IMG/VR virus record: IMGVR_UViG_3300009117_000047
Span: 19,877 to 83,876 of that record
DNA from: a virus
Reading direction: 5' to 3' (one strand)
Length of the DNA stretch: 64,000 nucleotides
The notes under the pieces were generated by a model that did no database searches, was not told the DNA's origin, and saw only the letters and a program-made list of their open reading frames with translations. This document shows, in pieces, positions 1-9,823 of this stretch; position 1 is the stretch's first letter; each line of letters begins with the position of its first letter. Both the position numbers and the translations under genes were made by a program.

Positions 1-10
1 TATCTTCCAA

Positions 11-619
11 TTAATTAATCTCCTTTGTTTTTGTAGTGATCCAATCTGCATTAGGAAGTGTTTCAATCCATTTGCAAAATGCTTTCCACTCTGGCAGTCT
101 ATGATTTTTACGTTGAGAGTAAATAGTTTTAAGTTGACAATAATTAGTAGTCATTCCTGCTGTCAATTTACAGCCACAAGGATTAGAATAAAGAATTTTT
201 AAATACTGTTCCGCAATTTCTTCTGATGGATATTTTTCTTTCACCATAAGATTATACAAATCAACTTTTTCTTTCATAATGTCAACAATCCTTGGGTCTA
301 CATATTCAATATAGCATTTATCCAAATCAAATTTAGTAATCTTGTGCATTGTTGATTGACTACTAATAATTTCAAACCAGTGATACCTTTCGGATTCTGT
401 CCAGCACTTCACCGTTAGGGTTAAATCAAACTGTACAATAATTCCATGAAGAAAATTATCGTGTGCTTCGCCTTTGGGACAAGTGGCTAGTTTGTTTGTC
501 ATGTCTGTAATAGTAGAAGTAACTTTAGATACGTCTACCGCCATAGGATATTTGCTTCGCCTGATGCTTTCTTCCATCCCATAAATCTTTACTTCACTTA
601 TAATCTCGTTAAACTCCAT
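11..619 (-). CDS. ThyX-like (flavin-dependent thymidylate synthase fold) phage protein
   Basis: HDNFLHGIIVQFD...ERYH...SSQSTMH and C-terminal QRKNHRLPEW resemble phage ThyX-like proteins; canonical RHR-x7-S motif is degenerate. Confidence 0.55.
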   Translation of the reverse strand: MEFNEIISEVKIYGMEESIRRSKYPMAVDVSKVTSTITDMTNKLATCPKGEAHDNFLHGIIVQFDLTLTVKCWTESERYHWFEIISSQSTMHKITKFDLDKCYIEYVDPRIVDIMKEKVDLYNLMVKEKYPSEEIAEQYLKILYSNPCGCKLTAGMTTNYCQLKTIYSQRKNHRLPEWKAFCKWIETLPNADWITTKTKEIN

Positions 620-693
620 TCATTTCCTCCTGTAAATACATTAAAAGTTTTGTCTATATGATTAACACAATTAAGTGCCAATGTTAATAAAAA

Positions 694-1236
694 TTACTTA
701 TAGCAAAAATAAATTGTTGTATCTAAAATCTCATCATAATATTGATAGTAAATTCCACTACCTTGCGGGAACTCAGCTTGATATACTACGCTATCTGGTA
801 AAACACTGCCATTTTCGATTAATTCTTTTGCAATTTTATAATGTCTTTCTGCTGGTTCTTTTTCAATGTTCCCATCCCAAGTACATTTATATTGTCCTTT
901 AGCATAAATTACATCGTATAAGCTATTTGGAAAATTATTATCTTTGATTCTATTTAGTACAACGCTTCCCGTATACTTAAGTAAATCATCTGAGAACCAA
1001 CTACAACCCATTTCAGCATTTATGACTCTTGCCAATAAATCAATATCCTTTTGTTTTTGTAATTCTTTTTGTCTTTTTAATTCGATTTCTTCTAATTGTT
1101 TTTCAATTTTTTCTTTCAAATTTAGGTTTATAGCGATTACGTTATTGTCTACATCACTTGCCTTTACTACAACAGGCAAAGATAAATTCAATATCATCGC
1201 TATAATCATAATTCTTTTGTAGTTTTTTAATTTCAT
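694..1236 (-). CDS. SleB/CwlJ-like cell wall hydrolase (Hydrolase_2) with N-terminal signal/anchor
   Basis: LLARVINAE, VVLNR, NSLYDVIYAKGQY motifs; hydrophobic N-terminus. Confidence 0.85.
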   Translation of the reverse strand: MKLKNYKRIMIIAMILNLSLPVVVKASDVDNNVIAINLNLKEKIEKQLEEIELKRQKELQKQKDIDLLARVINAEMGCSWFSDDLLKYTGSVVLNRIKDNNFPNSLYDVIYAKGQYKCTWDGNIEKEPAERHYKIAKELIENGSVLPDSVVYQAEFPQGSGIYYQYYDEILDTTIYFCYK

Positions 1237-1250
1237 CTAATGCTCCAATC

Positions 1251-1430
1251 TTATTTTTCCATTTCATCTTCTTCCTCAATATCAATAATTTCATCATAAT
1301 CGGTATCTAGGCAACATGGACATACTGCAAACCTTTCATATGGTGGCGTATCCAATCCATGTGATTCTTCAATAATCTTGGGATATTCAAACTCATATCC
1401 ACAATCGTTACATTTATATATGTAAATCAC
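1251..1430 (-). CDS. small zinc-ribbon protein (59 aa, not in ORF track)
   Basis: Translated by hand from GTG: MIYIYKCNDCGYEF...CPCC...EEEDEMEK; SD AGGAAG. Confidence 0.65.
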   Translation of the reverse strand: MIYIYKCNDCGYEFEYPKIIEESHGLDTPPYERFAVCPCCLDTDYDEIIDIEEEDEMEK

Positions 1431-1433
1431 TTC

Positions 1434-1913
1434 CTACTCTAAAATCTGTCGCAAATATTTAACATCGTTATTCTCTAAGTAATTGTCGATAAGTTTACTT
1501 TGTTCTCTTGTACTGGCAAAAGCCTGAACACATAATGTTTTATTCCAGTTTCTTGTATAGCTATCTGTGACGATATTTTTAATCTTATGTGACCGTAAAT
1601 ATTCAACCAGTTCAATTACTGATTCTTTAGAGGAACAAGTAATAATGTTGACATACATACTTTCTTTTGAAAATTTATTGTTTAGCTTCATAGCAAAATA
1701 TGCACCTATTGCACCTGAAACACCAACTGTAATATTCATAATAATGCTATTAGTAATTACAGCGTTTACGATAACAGTAAGAAAAAGAAAGTTTGAAAAT
1801 CCTACCATTAGTGATGCTAACAAAATTTTATTTTTATAGACAAGGATTGATTTTGTAGTTGTAACAAAGCTATCCAAAACCTTCATCCCAATGTTTAATG
1901 CAATTTGAATCAT
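1434..1913 (-). CDS. membrane protein, DUF5698/DUF2179 (UPF0316)-like
   Basis: Three hydrophobic segments followed by a small soluble C-terminal domain. Confidence 0.5.
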   Translation of the reverse strand: MIQIALNIGMKVLDSFVTTTKSILVYKNKILLASLMVGFSNFLFLTVIVNAVITNSIIMNITVGVSGAIGAYFAMKLNNKFSKESMYVNIITCSSKESVIELVEYLRSHKIKNIVTDSYTRNWNKTLCVQAFASTREQSKLIDNYLENNDVKYLRQILE

Positions 1914-2087
1914 TTTTACCTCACTTTTCTTTCTTAATTTCTACTACCCAACCATCACCATCACAAACTACGATCCAACCTTTGGAACGGTATTCTTCTG
2001 CTTTTTCCAATGTTAAATTTTTGTACTTGTCTTTAATAATCATATGTATTTATTAATCTCCTTTAAATTCTAATTCGAGTTATTGTG

Positions 2088-2417
2088 TTATTTTACTACA
2101 ATCAAATCGCCAACATAAAAATTCCAGCCAATTTCATCTTCTAATAAAGCTACAATATTAGGGTTATCTCCATAGTATTTTTCATATTTTACCGTAAAAA
2201 CCTTATCTTTGTTTTCATTTACCCAACTCTTATATTTACTTGTGAGTTTATTATAGTCTGGATGAGACTTGATTTTATCAATGTTTAGCTTAACTTTCGT
2301 TCCTTCTGGAATAGTTTCTGTTGATTTATTGATGTTTAAAAATGCGTCAACTTTTTCTTTTGAGTAACCTTTTGATTTTAGTTCTTTTGCAGTTTTACGT
2401 CTTTGTTCTCTGTTCAT
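2088..2417 (-). CDS. hypothetical protein
   Basis: ORF track, SD GGAGG. Confidence 0.7.
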   Translation of the reverse strand: MNREQRRKTAKELKSKGYSKEKVDAFLNINKSTETIPEGTKVKLNIDKIKSHPDYNKLTSKYKSWVNENKDKVFTVKYEKYYGDNPNIVALLEDEIGWNFYVGDLIVVK

Positions 2418-2814
2418 AGTTCCTCCATTTAAAATTTGTCATTTATTCAAATACTACATACATAACCAATCCATCATGTGAACCTTCTTCATTAATTATC
2501 AACCTATCTCCATTTTTTATATCTTTTAAGTTATCAAACTTTTCTTTATCTATAGAAACTATATATGTATTTCCTGTATTCAATATCTATATTCCTCCTC
2601 ATAAAACTCGCATTTTATTACTGGCTTTTTCTCTTGTCTTTGATATGTAAATACAATAATCCGCAAAATTGATTGATGATACAATATATAATTATTGGAA
2701 TGAATGAATCGCAAGTAGATGATAAATACATTCCTATTGCCAAAAATATAATCCAATATAGCTTTTCAAACTTACTCATATATTTCTTTTTCTCCTCCTA
2801 ATCAAAAATTAATT

Positions 2815-3180
2815 TTATTCCCAAATATCTAACAATTCATAGTCAACAGTTAGAATTTCTGTATCAAAAGTGTCAATACAATCAAACCCTTCTAAATCTT
2901 CAAATGTTCCATTTTTAATTGCATCAATAACAATTTCTTTAGATTCTGCTCCTGCTACACATCTTAAAATTTTAAAACCATGAGCCACTTCAAAAGCAAA
3001 TGTTTTCATAATGTTTTCTCCTTTACTTTCCGTCAATATCACTGCCGATGCAATATTCGTATCTTTGTTAAAACACTTAATCACCACAAAATCATCCATC
3101 ATTCTTCTATCTACTGCTATTTTCACTTGCATATCTTTTGGAAACCTTGCCAATTGATAAATCAAATCACTTACTTTCAC
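2815..3180 (-). CDS. hypothetical protein (internal SD+ATG at 3009)
   Basis: ORF track; GTG start with SD; second in-frame start. Confidence 0.6.
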   Translation of the reverse strand: MKVSDLIYQLARFPKDMQVKIAVDRRMMDDFVVIKCFNKDTNIASAVILTESKGENIMKTFAFEVAHGFKILRCVAGAESKEIVIDAIKNGTFEDLEGFDCIDTFDTEILTVDYELLDIWE

Positions 3181-3433
3181 CTAACCCCTCCTTAATTAAT
3201 ATCTTTTTTATGCTCGACTTCTAAAATCATCGTAGTCATAATATTCTTCGTCAGTTTTAAACAAATCTATAAATAATAGTTTGGCGGTCATATTTTCAAT
3301 CGGTAGATATTTTTTATCATCAATATAAACGTATCTATCATTTAAAAATCGTTCTATTCTTTGCAATGTTTCTTTTCTATTCATAACATACCTCGTTAAA
3401 ATTGGACTTTTATTTACATATTTACTCAGATAT

Positions 3434-3727
3434 CTATTCTTCTTTTAAGTAATCAAATGTTTCAAATCTATATTTTTGTTTAATGTCTGGATATTTTTCA
3501 TGATCAACTTTTTCCATAAACATATCATACGGTCTTGCGTAAATATCATGATCGACACCTAATTCTTCATTCTTATATAATGCTCTGTAAATAACTAATT
3601 TTTCTTTTGTTTCAGTATGAGTTGCAATTGCTTCGATTATATATAGATAGTCCATTGACTTTTCAGGCTCTCTAATTGTTTCTCGTTTAAAATGCTTTAC
3701 AATGTCGCAACATTCTAATCTTCCCAT
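3434..3727 (-). CDS. DUF1653 family protein
   Basis: VKHFK...HTET.E.LVIYRALY...YARPYDMF...KYRFE. Confidence 0.85.
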   Translation of the reverse strand: MGRLECCDIVKHFKRETIREPEKSMDYLYIIEAIATHTETKEKLVIYRALYKNEELGVDHDIYARPYDMFMEKVDHEKYPDIKQKYRFETFDYLKEE

Positions 3728-3763
3728 GCATATCTCCTTCCATCTTAAAACACTTATTTTATT

Positions 3764-3982
3764 TTATTTATCTTGTTGTCCATAGTAATAGTCTTTTATG
3801 TATGGGCTTAATTCAAAACCCTTACAACTACGTTTTTCATACATGTCGTAACTAGGAATTAACCAATGGTTTCCACAAAATCGCTTTGTCTTATTAAATT
3901 CAATTGCGCTAATAATATTTCCACAACCTTCAGCGGCTTTCATTGAATTAGAACAGTTATAGCAACATCTTTTAGGTTTCAT
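3764..3982 (-). CDS. hypothetical Cys-rich protein
   Basis: ORF track; flanked by two TAAAA-N6-TTTTA sites. Confidence 0.65.
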   Translation of the reverse strand: MKPKRCCYNCSNSMKAAEGCGNIISAIEFNKTKRFCGNHWLIPSYDMYEKRSCKGFELSPYIKDYYYGQQDK

Positions 3983-4029
3983 TCTTGCTCCTTTCCGATA
4001 ATGATAAAATCAACTTTTTATTTGTATCT

Positions 4030-4296
4030 TCACGCCATTACCAATCTGATATGCTCAGTCATATTCTCCAACTCTTCATCTGAATAAATAGATAATGTTG
4101 TCATGTCTGGAATAATAAGAATTCGCCTATCCTTGAATTGATGTTTGAGTATATTCATTACATTTTTTAACTCTCTTTGACTACAACTATTTTTACAATA
4201 TTCTAAAACAATAACATCTGAATCTCGTGGAGTAAGCGAATAGATACTCGTAAAAAGTTGTTGCTTAGATTTTTTCTTTCTAATTCGTTTATTCAT
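4030..4296 (-). CDS. hypothetical protein
   Basis: ORF track, SD. Confidence 0.7.
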   Translation of the reverse strand: MNKRIRKKKSKQQLFTSIYSLTPRDSDVIVLEYCKNSCSQRELKNVMNILKHQFKDRRILIIPDMTTLSIYSDEELENMTEHIRLVMA

Positions 4297-4315
4297 AATC
4301 TTAATCAGCCTCCTT

Positions 4316-4828
4316 TTATTTGTTCATAATCTTACACACTTCTTTGTCTTGAATGTTGTAATAACCCCATGCTAAATATGATTTATTGTCTGACGATGTT
4401 CTTGTAAATTCAATTTTTAATTCTTCTTTATTCATTGGTTGCCCACAAATTTCCTTGACGGCTTGTATGTATTCCTCTTTTTGATAATAATAAATATGAT
4501 TTAGTTTATTTTTAACTCTTTTATGTCCTCCACTCCAACCCCAAGAAATATTTTTTAATTCATAATACCCATAGCATCCACAATCTTCTGCATCTTGACC
4601 TACGGTATCTGAATATACAACATAAATATAATCTTCATCGCTTAAATGATAATCAATACAATACTGAACCAAGCCAAGAATTGCTTTATACGAGTATCTC
4701 TTATCTTTTCTATGTTTTTCATGTAAATTATAAATTGGAGTGCAAATACATTTAACTGGAAACAAAGCAATATTTAGCAATTTGTATTTTACATTCATTA
4801 ATTGTTTAGTTCTTTGATAGCTTTTCAT
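4316..4828 (-). CDS. hypothetical protein
   Basis: ORF track, SD. Confidence 0.7.
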   Translation of the reverse strand: MKSYQRTKQLMNVKYKLLNIALFPVKCICTPIYNLHEKHRKDKRYSYKAILGLVQYCIDYHLSDEDYIYVVYSDTVGQDAEDCGCYGYYELKNISWGWSGGHKRVKNKLNHIYYYQKEEYIQAVKEICGQPMNKEELKIEFTRTSSDNKSYLAWGYYNIQDKEVCKIMNK

Positions 4829-4862
4829 TATACCTCCTACTTAAAATCTAAATTTTAATGTT

Positions 4863-5165
4863 TTAATACTTGAATGTTTCTTGATTTTTAATCCACTCTT
4901 GAACTTCTGTATCCGTTGCATCTCGACAATCAGCTTTATTGAATTTTACGCCAAAGAGACCAAAACCTTCAGCATAATTTCCAATCCAATTTTCACTATC
5001 TTCATCTGAAACACAAATCAACTCTGCATCATATGTATTTCTTGATATATTACCTAACTTATGAATTGCTGTACCACCCTTTTTAATAAACATCAATTTG
5101 TGAAACTTCATATCGTTAATGTTGCCCGCTAAAAACTGCGGCTGATGTAATGGAATTATTCCCAT
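4863..5165 (-). CDS. hypothetical protein
   Basis: ORF track; start uncertain. Confidence 0.6.
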   Translation of the reverse strand: MGIIPLHQPQFLAGNINDMKFHKLMFIKKGGTAIHKLGNISRNTYDAELICVSDEDSENWIGNYAEGFGLFGVKFNKADCRDATDTEVQEWIKNQETFKY

Positions 5166-5183
5166 GAGAACCCTATCATTTCT

Positions 5184-5489
5184 TTACACATATTTTTTAA
5201 TATCACTATCAGTAAAAAATATGTTAAATTCTGGCAATTTATCTTTGACTTCTGTTCTATCTACTTGTTCCCAGTTTACAGACAGTACATTTGTCATTGG
5301 ATACATTGTCCCGTTGTCCTCTTCAATATAGCCATTTGACACTATATCAATCATTAAATATTCCCCTATGGTACAACATAAGCCAGATACTTTTGCCCAC
5401 TTAGATTCGCTTCCATAATGAACAATTCCATCTGTAGTTTTAAAAACTGGTCTCCACTTTTCTAGTTCAATATAATGTTTAGTGAACAT
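5184..5489 (-). CDS. hypothetical protein
   Basis: ORF track, SD. Confidence 0.7.
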   Translation of the reverse strand: MFTKHYIELEKWRPVFKTTDGIVHYGSESKWAKVSGLCCTIGEYLMIDIVSNGYIEEDNGTMYPMTNVLSVNWEQVDRTEVKDKLPEFNIFFTDSDIKKYV

Positions 5490-5656
5490 ATTTCCTCCTA
5501 TGAACTACTTAAAAGCCATGTTTTGTTAGCAATCTATCCATGTAACTCCTACTTGTTTACAAAATTCTAATGCTTTATCTTTATCAATAAATGTTCTGTA
5601 ATTACCACATCCGTAAAATACTATGTACATTTAAATCAACTCACTTCTATATACGT

Positions 5657-6271
5657 TCACTCCTCAACTTTATCATTAAAACTGTTTCTAAAATCATCCA
5701 ACCATTCATTTCTTTTTTGAACTCTATCTAATTCGCCATAATAAGATTTTGCTGCGTTTGATATTTGTTCTACACACCATTTAATATTATCCTCAACATA
5801 TTTTTCAGGAGAAACAACTGGTGTTCTATTTAACTCTTCTTCATAAAATTTATCATGGTCTGGAATGCTCATATCAATTTGTTCCATTGCAAATTTCTTT
5901 AAATTAATATGTTCTTCTGTTGGTGGTGTCCATTGTTCAATTTCATTTTTTATTACCAAGTATTTTTCTCTTTTAATCTTATCATTTTTAACACACTCAT
6001 TGATTTCTTTTACTTTATTCTCATATTTGGTTCTCATTTCATTCTCAGCTTCTTCAATTGTCATTCTTTTGGCTTCATCTAATTTATAAATTGCATCGTT
6101 TAATCTTTTTTCATAATAATCATCTGGAATGAATTTATTGGGGATTTTTTCACTTAAACCATCTTCTCTCATTCCAACGCAAACACCAAAAGCTCTGCAA
6201 CATAATTCTAAAAAATCTTTACCAGTATTAATTTTTCCATCTTCAATATAAGATGTGTATCCTGTTGGCAT
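5657..6271 (-). CDS. hypothetical phage protein (MPTGYT N-terminus, coiled coil)
   Basis: ORF track, SD. Confidence 0.75.
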   Translation of the reverse strand: MPTGYTSYIEDGKINTGKDFLELCCRAFGVCVGMREDGLSEKIPNKFIPDDYYEKRLNDAIYKLDEAKRMTIEEAENEMRTKYENKVKEINECVKNDKIKREKYLVIKNEIEQWTPPTEEHINLKKFAMEQIDMSIPDHDKFYEEELNRTPVVSPEKYVEDNIKWCVEQISNAAKSYYGELDRVQKRNEWLDDFRNSFNDKVEE

Positions 6272-6321
6272 ATTTATCTCCTTTTCTCCTTAAAATTTTT
6301 GTTTTAAATGTTTCTAAAATA

Positions 6322-6570
6322 TTATATCTTTGTTAACCACAATCGTAGTTGTTTGTATGATTTGATTGGATCTGTGATTCTTACATTTGAGTTACATATG
6401 TAACAAGATGTTCGTTGTAAATATAAGATATATGGGCTTGAAGATTTGTTTTTCATACAATAGAATTCATATATTCCCGCACATTCATCAAAAAACACAA
6501 AACCACACTCTCGGATTATTGAAATTATTTTGTCTTTGTCCCATTTATTAAAAGGATAATCATGTTTCAC
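6322..6570 (-). CDS. hypothetical protein
   Basis: ORF track. Confidence 0.6.
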   Translation of the reverse strand: MKHDYPFNKWDKDKIISIIRECGFVFFDECAGIYEFYCMKNKSSSPYILYLQRTSCYICNSNVRITDPIKSYKQLRLWLTKI

Positions 6571-6601
6571 AACAATTCACTCCCTAATTTTTTGTTTTAT
6601 C

Positions 6602-7732
6602 TTATAACTTACCCATGTTGATGTCGTCATACAATCTATCCAGTGCTTTTTCGAACGCTCCTATACCTGAAAAGAAGCTACTTAGTTTTAAATCATTAAA
6701 CAAATATGGCATAGCTTTATAAAGCTCAATATATATGTAATATAAAACATCTACTACAATTGAATTGCCAGCCTGTTTATATAATTTATTGTCACTTAAT
6801 GTATTCCTAATGGTGTTAAAATCATCATCTGCAAATCCCATAATTCTAAAACTTTCTTTAGGCGTTAATTTTCTAACCTTGCCATTTGAAAGCATATACC
6901 AGCCTGTTTTAGCTCCACCTCCACCAGCTTCACTTTTTAATGTTCTAGCACAATTATTGCTATAAATTCTATTTGCATCTCCGTTATATCCATTTATGTA
7001 TCCTATTTGTTTTAATCCAAAACAATTTGAAACATCCTGATAAGAAGGTAAAATAGTCATATTTTCAACTTTATCTCTAGATAAATAATACTTACTTTCT
7101 ACTTCGCTATTCATAAAATCTCGTAATCTAAGTCCATTATCAAATTCTGTTGGAAACTTAAATTTACCATTATCTAATTCTTTCTTGATTCCAATAAGAT
7201 AAATGCGCTCTCTGTTCTGTGGTACTCCGTAATCTTTTGCATTTAAAACTTTGTAATAGCAATTGTATCCATATTCGTTTAATTCATTGTAGAATAAATC
7301 AAATGTTCCTTTAAATTTTTTCCCAACAAGATTTTTAACATTTTCAAACATAATCACATTTGGTTTCTTTACCTGAATTATTCTTAAATATTCTACAATT
7401 AAAGATGATGTTGTTTTCTTGTCAATATTTTTACTTCCACATTTAGGGCAAGTATTTCTATTTGCATAATGTAATTTCAATGGATTATATTCTTCACCAC
7501 AATCTTTACACGCCCATTTTGCACCTTCTTGCTTACCAGCTATACTAAAACTCTGACAAGGCGATCCACCTACTATCCAGTTAAAATCTTCTAACTTTGT
7601 TTCGTCAACTTCTAAAATGTCTCCCAAATTTAAACCTGCATTTATATTATGTATAGTACAATAGCTTTGAGCTGTATCTTTATCAAATTCACAAAAGTTT
7701 ACCAATTCATAACTTTTATTTTCTTTGTTCAA
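6602..7732 (-). CDS. DNA (cytosine-5) methyltransferase, circularly permuted, with Zn-ribbon insertion
   Basis: GSPCQSFS (IV), FENVKNL (VI), PQNRER (VIII), YKQAGNSIV (X); motif I FSGIGAFE at the C-terminus; CKDC...CPKC insert. Confidence 0.9.
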   Translation of the reverse strand: MNKENKSYELVNFCEFDKDTAQSYCTIHNINAGLNLGDILEVDETKLEDFNWIVGGSPCQSFSIAGKQEGAKWACKDCGEEYNPLKLHYANRNTCPKCGSKNIDKKTTSSLIVEYLRIIQVKKPNVIMFENVKNLVGKKFKGTFDLFYNELNEYGYNCYYKVLNAKDYGVPQNRERIYLIGIKKELDNGKFKFPTEFDNGLRLRDFMNSEVESKYYLSRDKVENMTILPSYQDVSNCFGLKQIGYINGYNGDANRIYSNNCARTLKSEAGGGGAKTGWYMLSNGKVRKLTPKESFRIMGFADDDFNTIRNTLSDNKLYKQAGNSIVVDVLYYIYIELYKAMPYLFNDLKLSSFFSGIGAFEKALDRLYDDINMGKL

Positions 7733-7926
7733 TTTTATATTTTTTACAAGAGGAACGTTCCTAATTCACCTAGTATTACTTGCTAATTCCTTTCGTCTTT
7801 TTAGTTTTATGTATTTGTGATGTTTGCAACCACCACATAAAAATCACATTTTAATGCCAAAATCGGTTTCAGAAAGCCTTATAAATCAAGGTTTCTTAAT
7901 TTTTATATTTCGATTATTTTATATAA

Positions 7927-8964
7927 TCATTTAACTTTTACGTTCATAAAATCAAATATGGTCTTCATTCCTAATCCCCCATCACTCCAAGGTCTCATGC
8001 AATATTCCCACAACGCAGGATGAGTTAATTTTAATTGTTGAAATTTATTTGGTTCTTTTTGTAAATGACAACCAAACCCGCAAAAAATACATCCTGTCCT
8101 ATTAACTCCTGTAGTATAATAATTGTTTTTATCATCTTGCTTAATCTCTCCATAAACAGAAGGATAGGGGATTTCATATCTTACTATGTATTCTAATACG
8201 TTTTGTTCCAGCCAAAATCCCATCGGTTTAGAAGTTGCTCTTTCTTTGTCAAAAGCATTACATCCACTTTCTAAATAATGTTGTTTTCTTTCTTTACTAT
8301 CTTCAGCCATTTCCCCTATAATTGGATGTCTCCCAGAAGATTTTTCATATTCATGGGCTGGTTTCTTTTTCATGATTGAACAACATTTATTCGACACAGG
8401 GATATCTGATTCGAATACTTTCAAAGCAAGAAGCGAAGGTTTCATATATTGATATTCTTCTTTGGTTTTTGGATTAATTCTATATCCATACATATATCTG
8501 TTTAATTTTTTAACATCATTTTTCTCTTTAGCTTTTCTACCATAATATATATTTTTAGCAGTTTCTTTGCTTATTAATGGATAACCATATTGTTCTATTA
8601 CTTTTTTAAAAGTGATACGTTTACCATCTTTATCTTTTGGGTAATCAACAACTAAGTCAACTTCCACATCATATTTTTCTTTCAAATAATTAGGGAATAC
8701 TTTTACGTGCTCCTTTAATTCTGGGTATTCCAGTCCTGTGTCAGAAAACCATAAGACTAATTTACATTCAAATAATTTGCAAACTCTAGCTGCCATATCA
8801 GCCAATACAGTAGAATCTTTTCCTCCGCTGAATGATATATAAACCTGATTATTGAAATGATTCATATATTCCATAATTCTTGCCATTGTAATTTGTATTT
8901 TGTTATTTAAGTCGTAACTTTGTAATCGTTTTAAGTCTTCATCTGTAAAAACATTTTCACTCAT
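7927..8964 (-). CDS. phosphoadenosine phosphosulfate reductase family (PP-loop) protein
   Basis: SFSGGKDS PP-loop, DTGLEYPE, CC..MKK, RTGCIFC. Confidence 0.85.
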   Translation of the reverse strand: MSENVFTDEDLKRLQSYDLNNKIQITMARIMEYMNHFNNQVYISFSGGKDSTVLADMAARVCKLFECKLVLWFSDTGLEYPELKEHVKVFPNYLKEKYDVEVDLVVDYPKDKDGKRITFKKVIEQYGYPLISKETAKNIYYGRKAKEKNDVKKLNRYMYGYRINPKTKEEYQYMKPSLLALKVFESDIPVSNKCCSIMKKKPAHEYEKSSGRHPIIGEMAEDSKERKQHYLESGCNAFDKERATSKPMGFWLEQNVLEYIVRYEIPYPSVYGEIKQDDKNNYYTTGVNRTGCIFCGFGCHLQKEPNKFQQLKLTHPALWEYCMRPWSDGGLGMKTIFDFMNVKVK

Positions 8965-9030
8965 CTTTTTTATGGAGTAAACGCAGCGTTTAATTGGTCG
9001 ACCAAACCTCTTACTCCTTTTCTATATATT

Positions 9031-9330
9031 TCATTTTATTCTTATATGAATCAACCAATTTATAACGTTGTAAGTTATACTTAATATATAATATCCAGTT
9101 ACTAGAATGCAGTATATTGGATTAAGACAGATTAACCATAATGAATATAGAACACATCCCATCACATTTAAGCCAGTCCTTTTGTGAATATTTAATGGAC
9201 TAAAATAATATGGTAAATTCCAGTAAAGTTCTTGTTGTCTTGTTGCAAATATGCTATAAAAAATTGTTATAAAAGCCGCCACTATTCCATAAAATGCATA
9301 TACTTCAAGCGCAGTTATAAACTTTTCAAT
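9031..9330 (-). CDS. hypothetical membrane protein (probable ATT start)
   Basis: Frame open to ATT at 9330, 7 nt after GGAGG; hydrophobic. Confidence 0.55.
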   Translation of the reverse strand: MEKFITALEVYAFYGIVAAFITIFYSIFATRQQELYWNLPYYFSPLNIHKRTGLNVMGCVLYSLWLICLNPIYCILVTGYYILSITYNVINWLIHIRIK

Positions 9331-9361
9331 AGAAATTCCTCCTTTAAAATTACTATTTTAT

Positions 9362-9577
9362 TTATAAGTAAATTTCTTTTTTTGACACATCTACATCGTT
9401 AACCGAAAGAATTTTTGCAGTTTTATCTTTAAATATTTCAACTTCCATCTTAACTTCAGAACCTAGATAAACCATATTCCTCCCATCTTCGCTAAATGTC
9501 TCAGTGAATTTTTCTTCTATTTCCCAGTTATCTTCTTTTTCTCTGTGAAAATAAATTACCTCTTTAAAAGAATCCAC
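9362..9577 (-). CDS. hypothetical protein
   Basis: ORF track, SD; flanked by sites at 9345 and 9598. Confidence 0.65.
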   Translation of the reverse strand: MDSFKEVIYFHREKEDNWEIEEKFTETFSEDGRNMVYLGSEVKMEVEIFKDKTAKILSVNDVDVSKKEIYL

Positions 9578-9823
9578 TTTTGCTCCTCCTTTATACTTAA
9601 AATCACGTTTCTATTGCCTTAGTTGGCATTTGTAGTAAATCATGTAAACAATTACACTTATAACTACGAGCATTAGATATACTCCTATTCCATAACCAAT
9701 ATTGGTATTTGGAAATACTTTTTATAATTTTGGGTATAAATAAAACACCAATTTTATGTCCATTTTAATACTATATATTGTGTTTACTTTCTATTTATTT
9801 ACTATATGTAGTATATATTTTTG

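Noticed and set aside
2556-2571. Single NrdR-like box AAACTATATATGTATT
   Set aside because: Unpaired, imperfect, inside a small ORF and not at the 11-nt offset from a site.
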